NCBI RefSeq assembly: GCF_000008465.1
Contig: NC_006512.1
Location: 840,001 to 872,000, forward strand
Source of the DNA: Idiomarina loihiensis L2TR
Lineage (GTDB): Bacteria > Pseudomonadota > Gammaproteobacteria > Enterobacterales > Alteromonadaceae
Direction of reading: 5' to 3'
Length of the DNA: 32,000 nucleotides
Below are positions 1 through 8,824 of this stretch, in pieces. Within the stretch, counting starts at the first letter, position 1. Every line of letters starts with the position of its first letter. Below the pieces are notes generated by a model that was not told where the DNA came from, ran no database searches, and worked only from the letters and a program-made list of their open reading frames with translations. The position numbers and the translations under genes are program-made.

Positions 1-734
1 TCTCCAAACTCCAGCACGTTAATTAAAAAGCCGTCTCGCTCCAAAGTTCCGCCTACATCTTCAGCGCTGAGTTCAAATGTAATTATCTGTTCTGGCAACT
101 CTGCATAAAACTCTCCTTTTACAGCAACTGGTCTGGGGGACTTCTCATCGCGTGCCTCGGTGAAACAAAATTCTTCACGCGTATCGACAATATCGCCCAA
201 TGCCTGCTTATTATTTGCCATATCAGGAAAGCTCGCATATTCAGGGAAGCCCAGGGTATCACCGTTGCCGAAAACCATATTGGTGTATGTCAGACTGTAA
301 CGAAACGGAAACTCAAAGCCAGGCTTCAGAGTAAAACCCTGTTCGTTTGAATATTGCATGCAAGAGAGGTGTTTCCAACTGTTTACCGCTACCAGGCTCT
401 GCAAGTACGCGTCAGTCATTGCATCTCTGTCACTGTATTGGTTTAAATGGAAAAACTCCGGCTGAGTGTATTCAACTTTTTCTATCCCGGCATAAAAGAC
501 AAAAACGTCCATCATCCATTGGAAGTTAGACATTTCCTGACCGTACAGTGCACGTCCGAGCTCTTCGTCCTCAAGCCCTTTTAATATTTCAAAACGGGCA
601 TCGTGAAGTTCATCGCGTTGCTGAATTTGCTCATACACAGTTCGACCCTCCTGCTTAGCTTCCTTGCTGTCTGCACAACCAGCACTCAGCATTGCGCTGA
701 CAAAGGCAACACCCAAAACTTTGTATATATTCAC
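1..734 (-). CDS. Lipoprotein of unknown function, 3' end beyond window start
   Basis: Not in the ORF track because it has no in-window stop. My translation of the minus strand from GTG at 734-732 gives VNIYKVLGVAFVSAMLSAGCADSKEAK..., open to position 1. It has a signal peptide with lipobox LSAGC. AGG/GGGA lies 5-10 nt upstream of the GTG, and an in-frame stop lies just upstream at 780-782. Confidence 0.6.
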   Translation of the reverse strand, partial: MNIYKVLGVAFVSAMLSAGCADSKEAKQEGRTVYEQIQQRDELHDARFEILKGLEDEELGRALYGQEMSNFQWMMDVFVFYAGIEKVEYTQPEFFHLNQYSDRDAMTDAYLQSLVAVNSWKHLSCMQYSNEQGFTLKPGFEFPFRYSLTYTNMVFGNGDTLGFPEYASFPDMANNKQALGDIVDTREEFCFTEARDEKSPRPVAVKGEFYAELPEQIITFELSAEDVGGTLERDGFLINVLEFG

Positions 735-771
735 TGTTTCCCTACCTATTTTTTTGGTACATCTTTGTGTG

Positions 772-1482
772 CTACTCGTTTATTTGAAACCACCAGAACA
801 AGTACGGATATTCTTCTAAAGCTTCCGGCGGCGGTTGCTGTAAAAAGCCATGACCCGGATCAAGATCAAGCGCTCCGGTTTCCTGAACAATACCTCTAAT
901 TGCCTTAATGGATGCATCCGACTTAGCCTCTTCCAGCTGCGCTTCCTCGTGAAAAGACCATAAATATAAGCCTAATGCGGAATACCACAGGCTGACTAAT
1001 TCAGGGTTACTCTGCTCTTTTGCCTCAACAATGACTTCTTTTGCCGTATCCTGAATAGCCATTTCCACCGGCGGCAATGCATCGTCGCCCGTAAGCAAGC
1101 CTGCTTCGACGAATTTCTGCCAGAGCGGTGAGCCAGCATCGCAATATAGGTAAGGTGGTTCAATGTAACCCACGGTGGGGTTTGTCTCGCCGTTCCACTT
1201 TTCTTCTGGGTGCAGTCCAATAAAAGTAAACTCGCGTACGCTATCGAAAAAGGCTTTATGCGCGGCGTAGTCAGGGTGTTGGGTGAGTTTAAATTGGTAA
1301 ACAAAGTTGTGTTTCAACAAAGTGTCAATAACACGAAGATGAGTAAAACCAGTATCCCAACATTCCTGAAATTGATAGAGGTTCCAGAATAGCGAGCGCA
1401 GTTCCTGGCTCGTCTTTGTTTTCGACTGAGCCAGACAGTTAACCGACGACTCAACCAGGTCTTCAAACTCGTGCATAGACAT
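772..1482 (-). CDS. Hypothetical cytoplasmic protein (236 aa, acidic, Trp-rich C-terminus)
   Basis: Long ATG-started ORF with no signal peptide. It ends 37 nt before the start of the downstream lipoprotein gene. I recognised no motif. Confidence 0.6.
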   Translation of the reverse strand: MSMHEFEDLVESSVNCLAQSKTKTSQELRSLFWNLYQFQECWDTGFTHLRVIDTLLKHNFVYQFKLTQHPDYAAHKAFFDSVREFTFIGLHPEEKWNGETNPTVGYIEPPYLYCDAGSPLWQKFVEAGLLTGDDALPPVEMAIQDTAKEVIVEAKEQSNPELVSLWYSALGLYLWSFHEEAQLEEAKSDASIKAIRGIVQETGALDLDPGHGFLQQPPPEALEEYPYLFWWFQINE

Positions 1483-1636
1483 AAGACATTCCCTTATTAG
1501 TAATAGCGCGGCTCTTCATAATACAGCTAACGGAAGAAAACTTACTATGCACCTTCCATTGGCACCGTGTTGTCATTTTGTAAACTGAGTTTACCCAACT
1601 TAATACCCAGCTCCAATACAGTTGTGGACACCTTTA

Positions 1637-1660
1637 CAGAAACTTAACCCTAAGTTTCTG
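1637..1660 (-). terminator. Perfect 10-bp hairpin downstream of the 130-aa gene (possible terminator, no U-tract)
   Basis: CAGAAACTTA-accc-TAAGTTTCTG lies 18 nt past the stop at 1679. The stem is AT-rich and no T-run follows on either strand. Confidence 0.3.
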
Positions 1661-1678
1661 CATAACGGCCTGGAGGAA

Positions 1679-2071
1679 CTAACGTATGCGACGAGCGCCC
1701 TCGTCCATTCCGGTCACTCTAAACTTCTTTCCAAGTGGTGCCCTGATAACGGGGCTTGATATCAATTCATCACCACAATAAATTCGCATGGGTAAACCAA
1801 TATGCTCTTTACTCGCGGCTTTCCATTTACTCAGCGCATGGTCGGCCACTTCTATTGTCCATTGAACCGTATTATTGTCGGTAGTTGTATTTAACGAACT
1901 AAGGTCAGAACGCTCTAACAGTAAGGTATCCGGGGCTCCCTCACTCTTTGCTGGTAAATATAAGTTAAAATCACAGTACTTTTCTTTGTCCTCTGCGATC
2001 GCAGTATCGTCCGCATACGTGAAAGCACTTACCAATAAAGTAAGAACCAGAATGTATTTAAAATTGGTCAA
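1679..2071 (-). CDS. Secreted small protein; C-terminal part resembles the SecD/SecF P1-head fold (tentative)
   Basis: TTG start at 2071 with AGGGA upstream. The signal peptide is MTNFKYILVLTLLVSAFTYA. IGLPMRIYCGDELISSPVIRAPLGKKFRVTG resembles the SecD motif (LAIVLDG.VISAP.I...I.GG...ItG). Confidence 0.6.
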   Translation of the reverse strand: MTNFKYILVLTLLVSAFTYADDTAIAEDKEKYCDFNLYLPAKSEGAPDTLLLERSDLSSLNTTTDNNTVQWTIEVADHALSKWKAASKEHIGLPMRIYCGDELISSPVIRAPLGKKFRVTGMDEGARRIR

Positions 2072-2118
2072 GTTTTGTCCCTGTAACTGAGTCGGTAAAA
2101 AGTTTTCCAGCTTTCTAA

Positions 2119-2763
2119 TTAAGCTTTGCAGATAATAATATTTATTATTTTATCAACGACTTCACCTGTATTACTCACGCCCTGCTCTGCATAATATTCC
2201 GCATTGAGTAATCTGAACCCCGCGTCTTGCAACAAGTTACAGGCGAGTTCCCTATCGTAGAGCTCAAAGCCATAAGGCACGAAGGGCAAATCTTTCATAA
2301 ATGAACTCTCGCCAAAAGCGAGACAGAATAGCCCCTGAGGTTTAAGAACACGTCGAATTTCCACTAAGTGCTCAAGTGGATTGTCCCAGAAATAGAGAGT
2401 ATGAACGGTCAGAACTTTATCGAATACATTGTTATCAAAATTGAGTTGAGAGGAATTGCCCTGCTGAAATGTTGCCTGCCCCGAAGTCACTATATCTTCG
2501 TTCATGCGTTTCGCTTCGGCAACCATATCTGCTGACCAATCAACGCCAGTATAGGAGAGGTTATCAGCCCGTTTGATTATGTCAGCAGCAAAAACTCCAT
2601 TGCCGGGACCAATTTCCAGCAGTGACTCCGAATTTTGTAGGTTTAAAAGATCTATGCACTTTACGTTCAACTGACCGTTTGCACTGTTCATGTTTAAAGC
2701 GACTTCAGAGGCGTGCTCTCCACTAGGATGACGTAGCTGTGAAGCCAGAATTTGTGGATCCAT
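2119..2763 (-). CDS. Class I SAM-dependent methyltransferase
   Basis: Motif I is LLEIGPGNGVFA. An acidic residue loop (YTGVDWS) and post-I/II motifs are present. 214 aa. Confidence 0.85.
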   Translation of the reverse strand: MDPQILASQLRHPSGEHASEVALNMNSANGQLNVKCIDLLNLQNSESLLEIGPGNGVFAADIIKRADNLSYTGVDWSADMVAEAKRMNEDIVTSGQATFQQGNSSQLNFDNNVFDKVLTVHTLYFWDNPLEHLVEIRRVLKPQGLFCLAFGESSFMKDLPFVPYGFELYDRELACNLLQDAGFRLLNAEYYAEQGVSNTGEVVDKIINIIICKA

Positions 2764-2797
2764 TTGAGGTTACCCGTTAACAAATAATATTTTTATT

Positions 2798-3418
2798 TTA
2801 CAAAGCATCGGAAGGCTCTGCTAATTCAGACATACGCTGCCACCTAAAATACTTTTCATCCGCTAATGCCAACATGGGCATGTCTTCTTCGGTATCACCA
2901 TAGGCAAATATGGTTTCAAACGCGGACAAATCGAGGGTACGTTTAATCCCTTTCACTTTATTATCCAGACTGCAGTCGCCGGAGACATAACGGCCTGTCA
3001 ATTTATTGTTTTTAAGCTCCAGTTCACTGCATATGAACTTAATACCCTGGGCATTACACCAAAACGATAAATATGAATTTAACGATGCTGACACCACATA
3101 AATTTCGTCGCCGCGCTGTTTATGCCATTCAATTTTTGCAAGCGCTTCTTCCCTTGTAACACTGGGTAAATAGTGTTCAGCAAACTCTTTTGCCGATTCT
3201 AAAACTTCAGGTGCCCGGCGGTTCCAGAATACAATTCTGGATAACGCAGGCCTCGTTCGTGAGGCTTTTAAAAGCCCCAATTTATACAGAATAATAATTG
3301 GTGAGGCTAAAATCAGAGCAGCTATAACGCGGTGCTTAGGGGTTGCGTAAAGCAGGAACTTTGTGTAAGTGTCTTGGTTAGTTATTGTGCCGTCAAAGTC
3401 AAAGAGGGCTAAGTTCAT
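2798..3418 (-). CDS. HAD-IB family hydrolase (phosphoserine-phosphatase-like)
   Basis: MNLALFDFDGTIT (DxDxT motif I), YVVSAS (motif II), K...GDTEEDMPML (motifs III/IV). The track ORF starts at TTG 3433. I prefer ATG 3418 because it places DxDxT at the usual N-terminal distance. Confidence 0.85.
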   Translation of the reverse strand: MNLALFDFDGTITNQDTYTKFLLYATPKHRVIAALILASPIIILYKLGLLKASRTRPALSRIVFWNRRAPEVLESAKEFAEHYLPSVTREEALAKIEWHKQRGDEIYVVSASLNSYLSFWCNAQGIKFICSELELKNNKLTGRYVSGDCSLDNKVKGIKRTLDLSAFETIFAYGDTEEDMPMLALADEKYFRWQRMSELAEPSDAL

Positions 3419-3433
3419 AGTAACTTTATACAA

Positions 3434-3616
3434 TTATTTTAGGTTTAAAAAATAATACAGAAAGCCAAAAGCTGCGGCAAAGCCAATCAGTACCATAGTT
3501 AATAAGAGTTTTGACTTCATAACTGATTTAAAGAAGGCAGCAAAAGTGGCAAGACTACTTGCTCCAAGTGTATAGTTCACAAACTCGTCTTTTTCTCTCC
3601 GCTTCATCGTATACAT
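3434..3616 (-). CDS. Small (60 aa) membrane peptide, unknown function
   Basis: Trimmed from track ORF 3434..3676, whose N-terminus overlaps the GNAT gene. MYTMKRREKDEF... is followed by two hydrophobic stretches. The ORF fills the GNAT-HAD gap almost exactly (8 nt and 15 nt spacers), but the SD is weak. Confidence 0.4.
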   Translation of the reverse strand: MYTMKRREKDEFVNYTLGASSLATFAAFFKSVMKSKLLLTMVLIGFAAAFGFLYYFLNLK

Positions 3617-3624
3617 AATGTCAG

Positions 3625-4125
3625 TTAAACCGTGATGATAGGTTTTATAAGCTGCCAGTACCCTACATCCCGCCATTCATTAAACTTAAAACCAACTTTT
3701 TCAAAATGAGCCACTTTTTTCATTCCCATTTTCTCATGTAGCGCGACACTTGACGGATTTGGAAGTGCTATACCGCCAATTACCGTATGAATTCCGTGTT
3801 CTTTGAGTCTGAGAAAAAGGGCTTCATAGAGCTTTTTACCAAGCCCTCGACCTCGCATCTGGTTTGCAAGATAAACAGTTACTTCTACTGAAAACCGATA
3901 GGCGCTTCGATCTTTCCATTTTGTCGCATAGGCATAACCAACGATAATCTCGTTGTCCAACACAACGAGCCAGGGCAAGCTGCACTCCTGAACGTCTTCA
4001 ATTCTCTGCTGCATCTGGGAGCCTAAAACCGGTGTTTCTTCAAATGTAATCGATGTATTTTCGATATAATAATTATAAATATCGGCAATAGCATCTGAGT
4101 CACCTTTATTAGCATCTCTAATCAT
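3625..4125 (-). CDS. GNAT N-acetyltransferase of the phosphinothricin / methionine-sulfoximine acetyltransferase (PAT/YncA-MnaT) type
   Basis: AIADIYNYYIENTSITFEE, GYAY...R.AY...VEVTVY, RGRGLGKKLY, ALHEKMGM...KFNEWRDV all parallel E. coli YncA/MnaT and Bar/Pat proteins. Confidence 0.85.
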   Translation of the reverse strand: MIRDANKGDSDAIADIYNYYIENTSITFEETPVLGSQMQQRIEDVQECSLPWLVVLDNEIIVGYAYATKWKDRSAYRFSVEVTVYLANQMRGRGLGKKLYEALFLRLKEHGIHTVIGGIALPNPSSVALHEKMGMKKVAHFEKVGFKFNEWRDVGYWQLIKPIITV

Positions 4126-4191
4126 GTCTAGCGTCTATTCACTGGTAATTAATCCAACTTAATTAGTCGGTATTTTTCTAACTTCAATTTA

Positions 4192-4644
4192 CTATTTAGC
4201 CTGCTTTTTCGGTTGGCAATTTTCTATATACTCGGAATCATCAGGCGCGACCTCTGTAGTAAAATCGAGCTGAATCGAAGTTACTACGGGAGTGCGTTCT
4301 ATATTTTCCTCAGATGCTTTCCATTCCCATTGAGAAAGGGCTGCCGCTGCGTAATCATCAAAAACCCCTTTGGGATAAGACGATCGAATTTTATACCCCT
4401 CGGCACGGCCGTCAGAGCCTATGCCCACGATTAGATCAACACAGCCGGACACTCCATCTCTGGCCGCTGAAGCTGGATATTGGGGATTAACGCGCTTAGC
4501 TACAGTCCAATAGTTACCAACGAGCTCGCTGTGTTCAGCGCTGGATAAATCTAAAAACTGAGTATCTATCTTGTCTTCTTCAGTATTTGATGAACAAGAA
4601 ATGACAAATAATGCAGATATAAAAACAATGGCAATTCTTTTCAA
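4192..4644 (-). CDS. Lipoprotein consisting essentially of a TonB C-terminal domain
   Basis: TTG start with strong SD GGGAGAGG. The lipobox is FVISC. PQYPASAARDGVSGCVDLIVGIGSDGRAEGYKI..SYP.GVFD.AA..AL..W is the TonB_C signature. Confidence 0.7.
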   Translation of the reverse strand: MKRIAIVFISALFVISCSSNTEEDKIDTQFLDLSSAEHSELVGNYWTVAKRVNPQYPASAARDGVSGCVDLIVGIGSDGRAEGYKIRSSYPKGVFDDYAAAALSQWEWKASEENIERTPVVTSIQLDFTTEVAPDDSEYIENCQPKKQAK

Positions 4645-4803
4645 TGTCCTCTCCCTAGGCTCAACTAACTTTCTCTGTTGCAGAACAGACTAAAATATAC
4701 ATAATTTATACAATATACTATACCTAAATAAAAGGAAGTTGACGTCATTCACCTATCATTCAGGTTGTTTATCGTGGTTCGGTGAAATAATTAAAAAAAA
4801 TGC

Positions 4804-5169
4804 CTAAACCCAAACATCGTTCTTCGCCTTAAGCTCACCACCGGCCTCCCCTGTATTGATAACGCCACTTGGTTCAATCAGGAGTACCTGGCATTCACTC
4901 TCAGCAAAGGGTTTATGCTCTACACCTTTAGGTACCACATACATTTCGCCTTCCGCTAGCTGCACCACACTATCTCTGAACTCAATACCCATTTGTCCCT
5001 TGAGTACCAGAAAAACTTCATCGGTGTCTTTATGATCGTGCCAGACAAACTCACCCTGAATTTTAACGACCTTAATTTGATAATCGTTCATTTCGGCAAC
5101 CACCCGCGGCGACCAGTGTTCAGAAAACTTACTCAGTTTTTCGGCAAAATTAACGACGTTTGATGACAT
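4804..5169 (-). CDS. Cupin domain protein
   Basis: The two cupin motifs are [16 protein letters not shown] and [16 protein letters not shown] is AAGGGGGA. 121 aa. Confidence 0.8.
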   Translation of the reverse strand: MSSNVVNFAEKLSKFSEHWSPRVVAEMNDYQIKVVKIQGEFVWHDHKDTDEVFLVLKGQMGIEFRDSVVQLAEGEMYVVPKGVEHKPFAESECQVLLIEPSGVINTGEAGGELKAKNDVWV

Positions 5170-5249
5170 TGGTATCCCCCTTAACCTTCTTTGTTTTACC
5201 GCAAACTGTTAATAGTGAATCACTCGATGGCTATTTCAACTGCCAATCA

Positions 5250-6278
5250 TTAAGACCTTGCCTCCAACAGCTCCCGTAACGCCTCAGGAAGCAACTCACG
5301 CGACTTTTTGGTAATAGCTTTCTCATGCTTTTGCCAGAGGATGCCTAAGTAAATAATCCCCAGACCAATAGCAGTTAAAGCGGCTGGAAATAGCCAACTG
5401 TCCTGGAAAACATCCTGAGCTAAATAGCCAAGATAAAAACAACCGCCAAGGGCTCCAAGCACCACAAATACCCGACGAACCAGTAATACACCAACACCTA
5501 TCATCAGAAGGTTTACGCAGAAATAGACAAATTTTGACAGTTCACTGTCTGATTCCATAAAAGATAGACCGCCCCAAAAAGCCAAAGCACCGAAGAGATA
5601 AATCCAGAAAGCGTAGTCAGCGGTATCGCGCGAACGAATGTCCACCCAGAATGCAAGACCTATCATTAATAACCCGGTGTACAGCGATACGAGTTTTCTT
5701 AGTTCCCAACTGATGTCACCGCCAGCAATCATGACGGTAATATCCATAGTCATATACCAAAGCGTCACAGCTATAGGCATAACTAAGAACGGATATTTGT
5801 ATCTCCACGCCATAATGACACCCACAGCCAGGGTGCCCAGCTCCATGTATATCCAGTGCCACTTTATATATCGGTGATACTCACGATAGACAGTTTCGTC
5901 GGGCCAGACACCTAACCATTGCTGAAGGCCGTAAATAGCCAACGGCGTTAAGCAGACCACAAAGGTGGCACAGATTCCTGCGGGAATAGATAAGCTTTTA
6001 GCAGAAAAAACATGAGTAAGCTTTAAGCCAATAGCGGCATAAAGAACGGATATCAGAACAATGCCGGCCCCCCCGAAAGATTCCCACCCCAGGTTCATGA
6101 ACAGCGTCATTGCGCCAATAGCAATCAGCCCGCCCAGATAATACAGCACATGATTGAACGTAAACTGAGGTTTGTCCTGATGTCGCTCTTTAAAGAATTC
6201 AAAAAGAGCGTCAGCTTGCGAAGTAGAGATAATGTTTTTATCCGCCGCTTCGCTTAAGTTCTTCCTTGTAATGTTCAT
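5250..6278 (-). CDS. Polytopic inner-membrane protein (DUF2157-like, tentative)
   Basis: 342 aa. A soluble N-terminal about 40 aa (NIISTSQADALFEFFKER) is followed by about 9-10 hydrophobic helices. SD is GAAGGAA. Confidence 0.75.
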   Translation of the reverse strand: MNITRKNLSEAADKNIISTSQADALFEFFKERHQDKPQFTFNHVLYYLGGLIAIGAMTLFMNLGWESFGGAGIVLISVLYAAIGLKLTHVFSAKSLSIPAGICATFVVCLTPLAIYGLQQWLGVWPDETVYREYHRYIKWHWIYMELGTLAVGVIMAWRYKYPFLVMPIAVTLWYMTMDITVMIAGGDISWELRKLVSLYTGLLMIGLAFWVDIRSRDTADYAFWIYLFGALAFWGGLSFMESDSELSKFVYFCVNLLMIGVGVLLVRRVFVVLGALGGCFYLGYLAQDVFQDSWLFPAALTAIGLGIIYLGILWQKHEKAITKKSRELLPEALRELLEARS

Positions 6279-6369
6279 ACTGTTCCTTCAAATTCAGCGG
6301 TGACTTGGTATTTCATCTGCTAGAATATCGCTCACATCTGTATGCATTTCAACATATGGAATCATTGCT

Positions 6370-8700
6370 ATGATTTTATTCGCTATTCTAATTGCACTTC
6401 TTGGCCTTGCCTTAACGGCCGGTGGCGTCTACCTGCTCACACTTGGCGGCAGCCCCTACTACCTTCTGGCGGGCCTGGTCTTACTATTAAACGCCTGGCT
6501 TGGTTACAAACGTCATCCGTTAACACGCACTTTGTTCGCTGTATTTCTGATCCTCACCATGCTGTGGTCATCGTGGGAATCCGGTTATGACTGGTGGGCA
6601 TTAGCGCCGCGCATAGGTTTATTTTTGGTGCTGGCCATACCTTTGCTGTTTTCCAAAGAGGCAGACAACGGCGGGCGCAAAGTATTGCTCCCGGTCTGGG
6701 CCGTTCTTGCACTAATGACACTGGGCAGCGTTCTGGCAAACCCACATGACTTATCCGGAAAGCTCGATACGCAAGTAGACAGCGAATCTCCTAAACTGGG
6801 CAACTCTCCGGAAGACAGTTGGTACGCTTATGGCCGGACTAATATGGGTCAGCGTTATTCGCCACTGGATAAAATTACCACCGAAAATGTGGGGCAGTTG
6901 GAAGAAGCCTGGCGTTACAGCACTGGTGACATGAAGGGCCCTAAAGACGTGGGTGAAACCACCTATGAAGCAACACCATTGAAAATTGGCGATACGCTTT
7001 ATTTGTGTACGCCGCACAACTGGTTAGTCGCACTGGATGCCAACAACGGCTCTAAACGCTGGGTATTTGACGCCAAAGTGCCACCTGAAAGTCAGCGCCA
7101 GCATCAAACCTGTCGCGGTGTGTCCTATTTGCCACCCAGCTCCGGTGAAGCGCCGTCTGCTGAAAAGCTGGATATAGCAGCCGAAACTCAGGCTCCGGTG
7201 CAGTGTGACGCAGAGCTCTTTTTGCCAACTTCCGATGCCCGTTTAATTGCAATTGACCCGACCACAGGCGCACGCTGTGCAAACTTTGCCGATAACGGTG
7301 AACTGGATTTAACCCACAATATGCCGTTCAAACAAGCCGGTTACTATTACTCTACGTCGCCGCCAGTTGTAGCGAATGGCGTAGTGGTAGTTGCAGGCTC
7401 GGTAAATGACAACTACGACAAAAACTCACCTTCCGGCGTTATTCGTGCCTATGACGTAAAAACTGGCGAGCTGGTATGGAACTGGGATTCCGGTAACCCG
7501 GATGAAACCGCTCCTATTGCCGAAGACGAAGTTTACACTACCAGTTCTCCTAACAGCTGGTCGGTAGCCAGTGCTGATGAAGAGCTGGGTCTTATTTACT
7601 TTCCTATGGGGAACCGCACTCCCGATCAGTTGGGTTGGTATCGCTCTGAAAATGAAGAGAAATATTCCAGCTCTGTGGTTGCGCTAAGCCTTAAAACCGG
7701 ACAGGTAGAGTGGGTACAACAATTTGTTCATCATGACCTGTGGGACATGGATACCCCTGCTCAGCCGGTACTACTCGACTTAGATACCGTAAGCGGAAAA
7801 CAGCCGGCTCTTGTGGTACCCACTAAGCAAGGCGATGTGTACGTGCTGAATCGTGAAACCGGCGAACCTATATTTCCGATTACCGAAAAATCAGCACCTC
7901 AGGGAACGGTGGCTCTGGATAATGCCTCGCCAACACAGCCAATTTCAGCGCTAACCTTCCGTCCACCCACCATGACTGAAAAAGACATGTGGGGAGCGAC
8001 ACCGCTGGATCAGATGATGTGCCGTATTCAGTTTAAGTCACTGCGCTATGAAGGTCAGTACACGCCGCCATCAGAACAAGGCACACTGGTATATCCGGGT
8101 AACTTTGGGGTCTTCAACTGGGGCAGTGTTGCAGTAGACCCAAAACGTCAGGTTATGTTCGGTATGCCTTTATACCTGGCCTTCACACAAAGGCTGGTTA
8201 AAAAAGACGGCTCCGACATGGGTCCGGCCAACCAGGGAGAACAAGGCCTGAACTCAAACGACGGCGCGCCTTATGCAGTGGATATGAAGCCTTTACTTTC
8301 TCCGCTAGGTGTTCCCTGTCAGCAGCCACCATGGGGCTACGTGGCCGGTGTTGACCTGAAAACCGGCGAAACCGTATACAAGCATAAAAACGGTACTGTC
8401 CGTGACCTGACACCGCTTCCGCTGCCAATTAAAATGGGCGTCCCCGGTATTGGTGGCCCTGTCATCACCGAAGGTGGTCTGGTCTTTATGGCAGCCGCTG
8501 TCGATAACTACCTGCGCGCTTATGACTTATCCACCGGTGAAGAACTTTGGCGTGCACGTTTGCCAGCTGGAGGACAGGCCACACCAATGACCTATTTGAA
8601 CAGCCAGGGTGAACAAATGGTGGTTCAGGTAGCCGGTGGTCACGGCTCTATAGGCACCACCATTGGCGATTATGTGATTGCCTATAAACTCAAACGCTAA
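6370..8700 (+). CDS. gcd: Membrane-bound PQQ-dependent (quinoprotein) glucose dehydrogenase
   Basis: 776 aa, collinear with E. coli Gcd. There are N-terminal TM helices (GGSPYYLLAGLVLL), then WYAYGRT..GQRYSPL, GDTLYLCTPHN, VHHDLWDMD, PPWGY, GGQATPMTY, AGGHGS. Confidence 0.95.
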   Translation: MILFAILIALLGLALTAGGVYLLTLGGSPYYLLAGLVLLLNAWLGYKRHPLTRTLFAVFLILTMLWSSWESGYDWWALAPRIGLFLVLAIPLLFSKEADNGGRKVLLPVWAVLALMTLGSVLANPHDLSGKLDTQVDSESPKLGNSPEDSWYAYGRTNMGQRYSPLDKITTENVGQLEEAWRYSTGDMKGPKDVGETTYEATPLKIGDTLYLCTPHNWLVALDANNGSKRWVFDAKVPPESQRQHQTCRGVSYLPPSSGEAPSAEKLDIAAETQAPVQCDAELFLPTSDARLIAIDPTTGARCANFADNGELDLTHNMPFKQAGYYYSTSPPVVANGVVVVAGSVNDNYDKNSPSGVIRAYDVKTGELVWNWDSGNPDETAPIAEDEVYTTSSPNSWSVASADEELGLIYFPMGNRTPDQLGWYRSENEEKYSSSVVALSLKTGQVEWVQQFVHHDLWDMDTPAQPVLLDLDTVSGKQPALVVPTKQGDVYVLNRETGEPIFPITEKSAPQGTVALDNASPTQPISALTFRPPTMTEKDMWGATPLDQMMCRIQFKSLRYEGQYTPPSEQGTLVYPGNFGVFNWGSVAVDPKRQVMFGMPLYLAFTQRLVKKDGSDMGPANQGEQGLNSNDGAPYAVDMKPLLSPLGVPCQQPPWGYVAGVDLKTGETVYKHKNGTVRDLTPLPLPIKMGVPGIGGPVITEGGLVFMAAAVDNYLRAYDLSTGEELWRARLPAGGQATPMTYLNSQGEQMVVQVAGGHGSIGTTIGDYVIAYKLKR

Positions 8701-8726
8701 GCATTATATAGCAGCGAGTTTTAAGC

Positions 8727-8805
8727 TAAAGGCTATTTCCAAGGACGAACTAAAGTATTGGCAAACGTTGCCGATACTAAGGCAAACCTACGGAAATAGC
8801 CTTTA
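8727..8805. repeat. Nested inverted-repeat element: 14-bp perfect outer arms enclosing a 10-bp hairpin
   Basis: TAAAGGCTATTTCC (8727-8740) and GGAAATAGCCTTTA (8792-8805) are exact reverse complements 51 nt apart. Inside, GTATTGGCAA-acg-TTGCCGATAC (8755-8777) pairs with one G-U. The element sits between the gcd stop (8700) and the next ORF (8825). Confidence 0.6.
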
Positions 8806-8824
8806 ACCTTCTGGAGAGAGTGCC

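Noticed and set aside
347-899. Plus-strand track ORFs 347..529 and 603..899
   Set aside because: They lie antisense to the long open minus-strand lipoprotein frame (1..734) and the 772..1482 gene. They have odd composition and no SD, so they are shadow ORFs.
3617-3676. N-terminal 20 codons of track ORF 3434..3676
   Set aside because: They overlap the 3' end of the GNAT gene in another frame. An internal ATG at 3616 just after the GNAT stop is the more economical start.
4740-4747. TGACGTCA perfect palindrome upstream of the TonB_C lipoprotein gene
   Set aside because: An 8-bp palindrome is expected by chance in 32 kb, and I can match no bacterial regulator consensus to it with confidence.
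6279-6369. Candidate gcd promoter (GTGACT ... TAGAAT)
   Set aside because: The TAGAAT -10 at about 6331 is attractive, but every -35 candidate gives a 15- or 22-nt spacer. This is not good enough to annotate.
6342-6590. 82-aa plus-strand ORF overlapping the gcd start
   Set aside because: It is an alternative frame of the gcd N-terminal membrane region. The gcd frame is collinear with E. coli Gcd.
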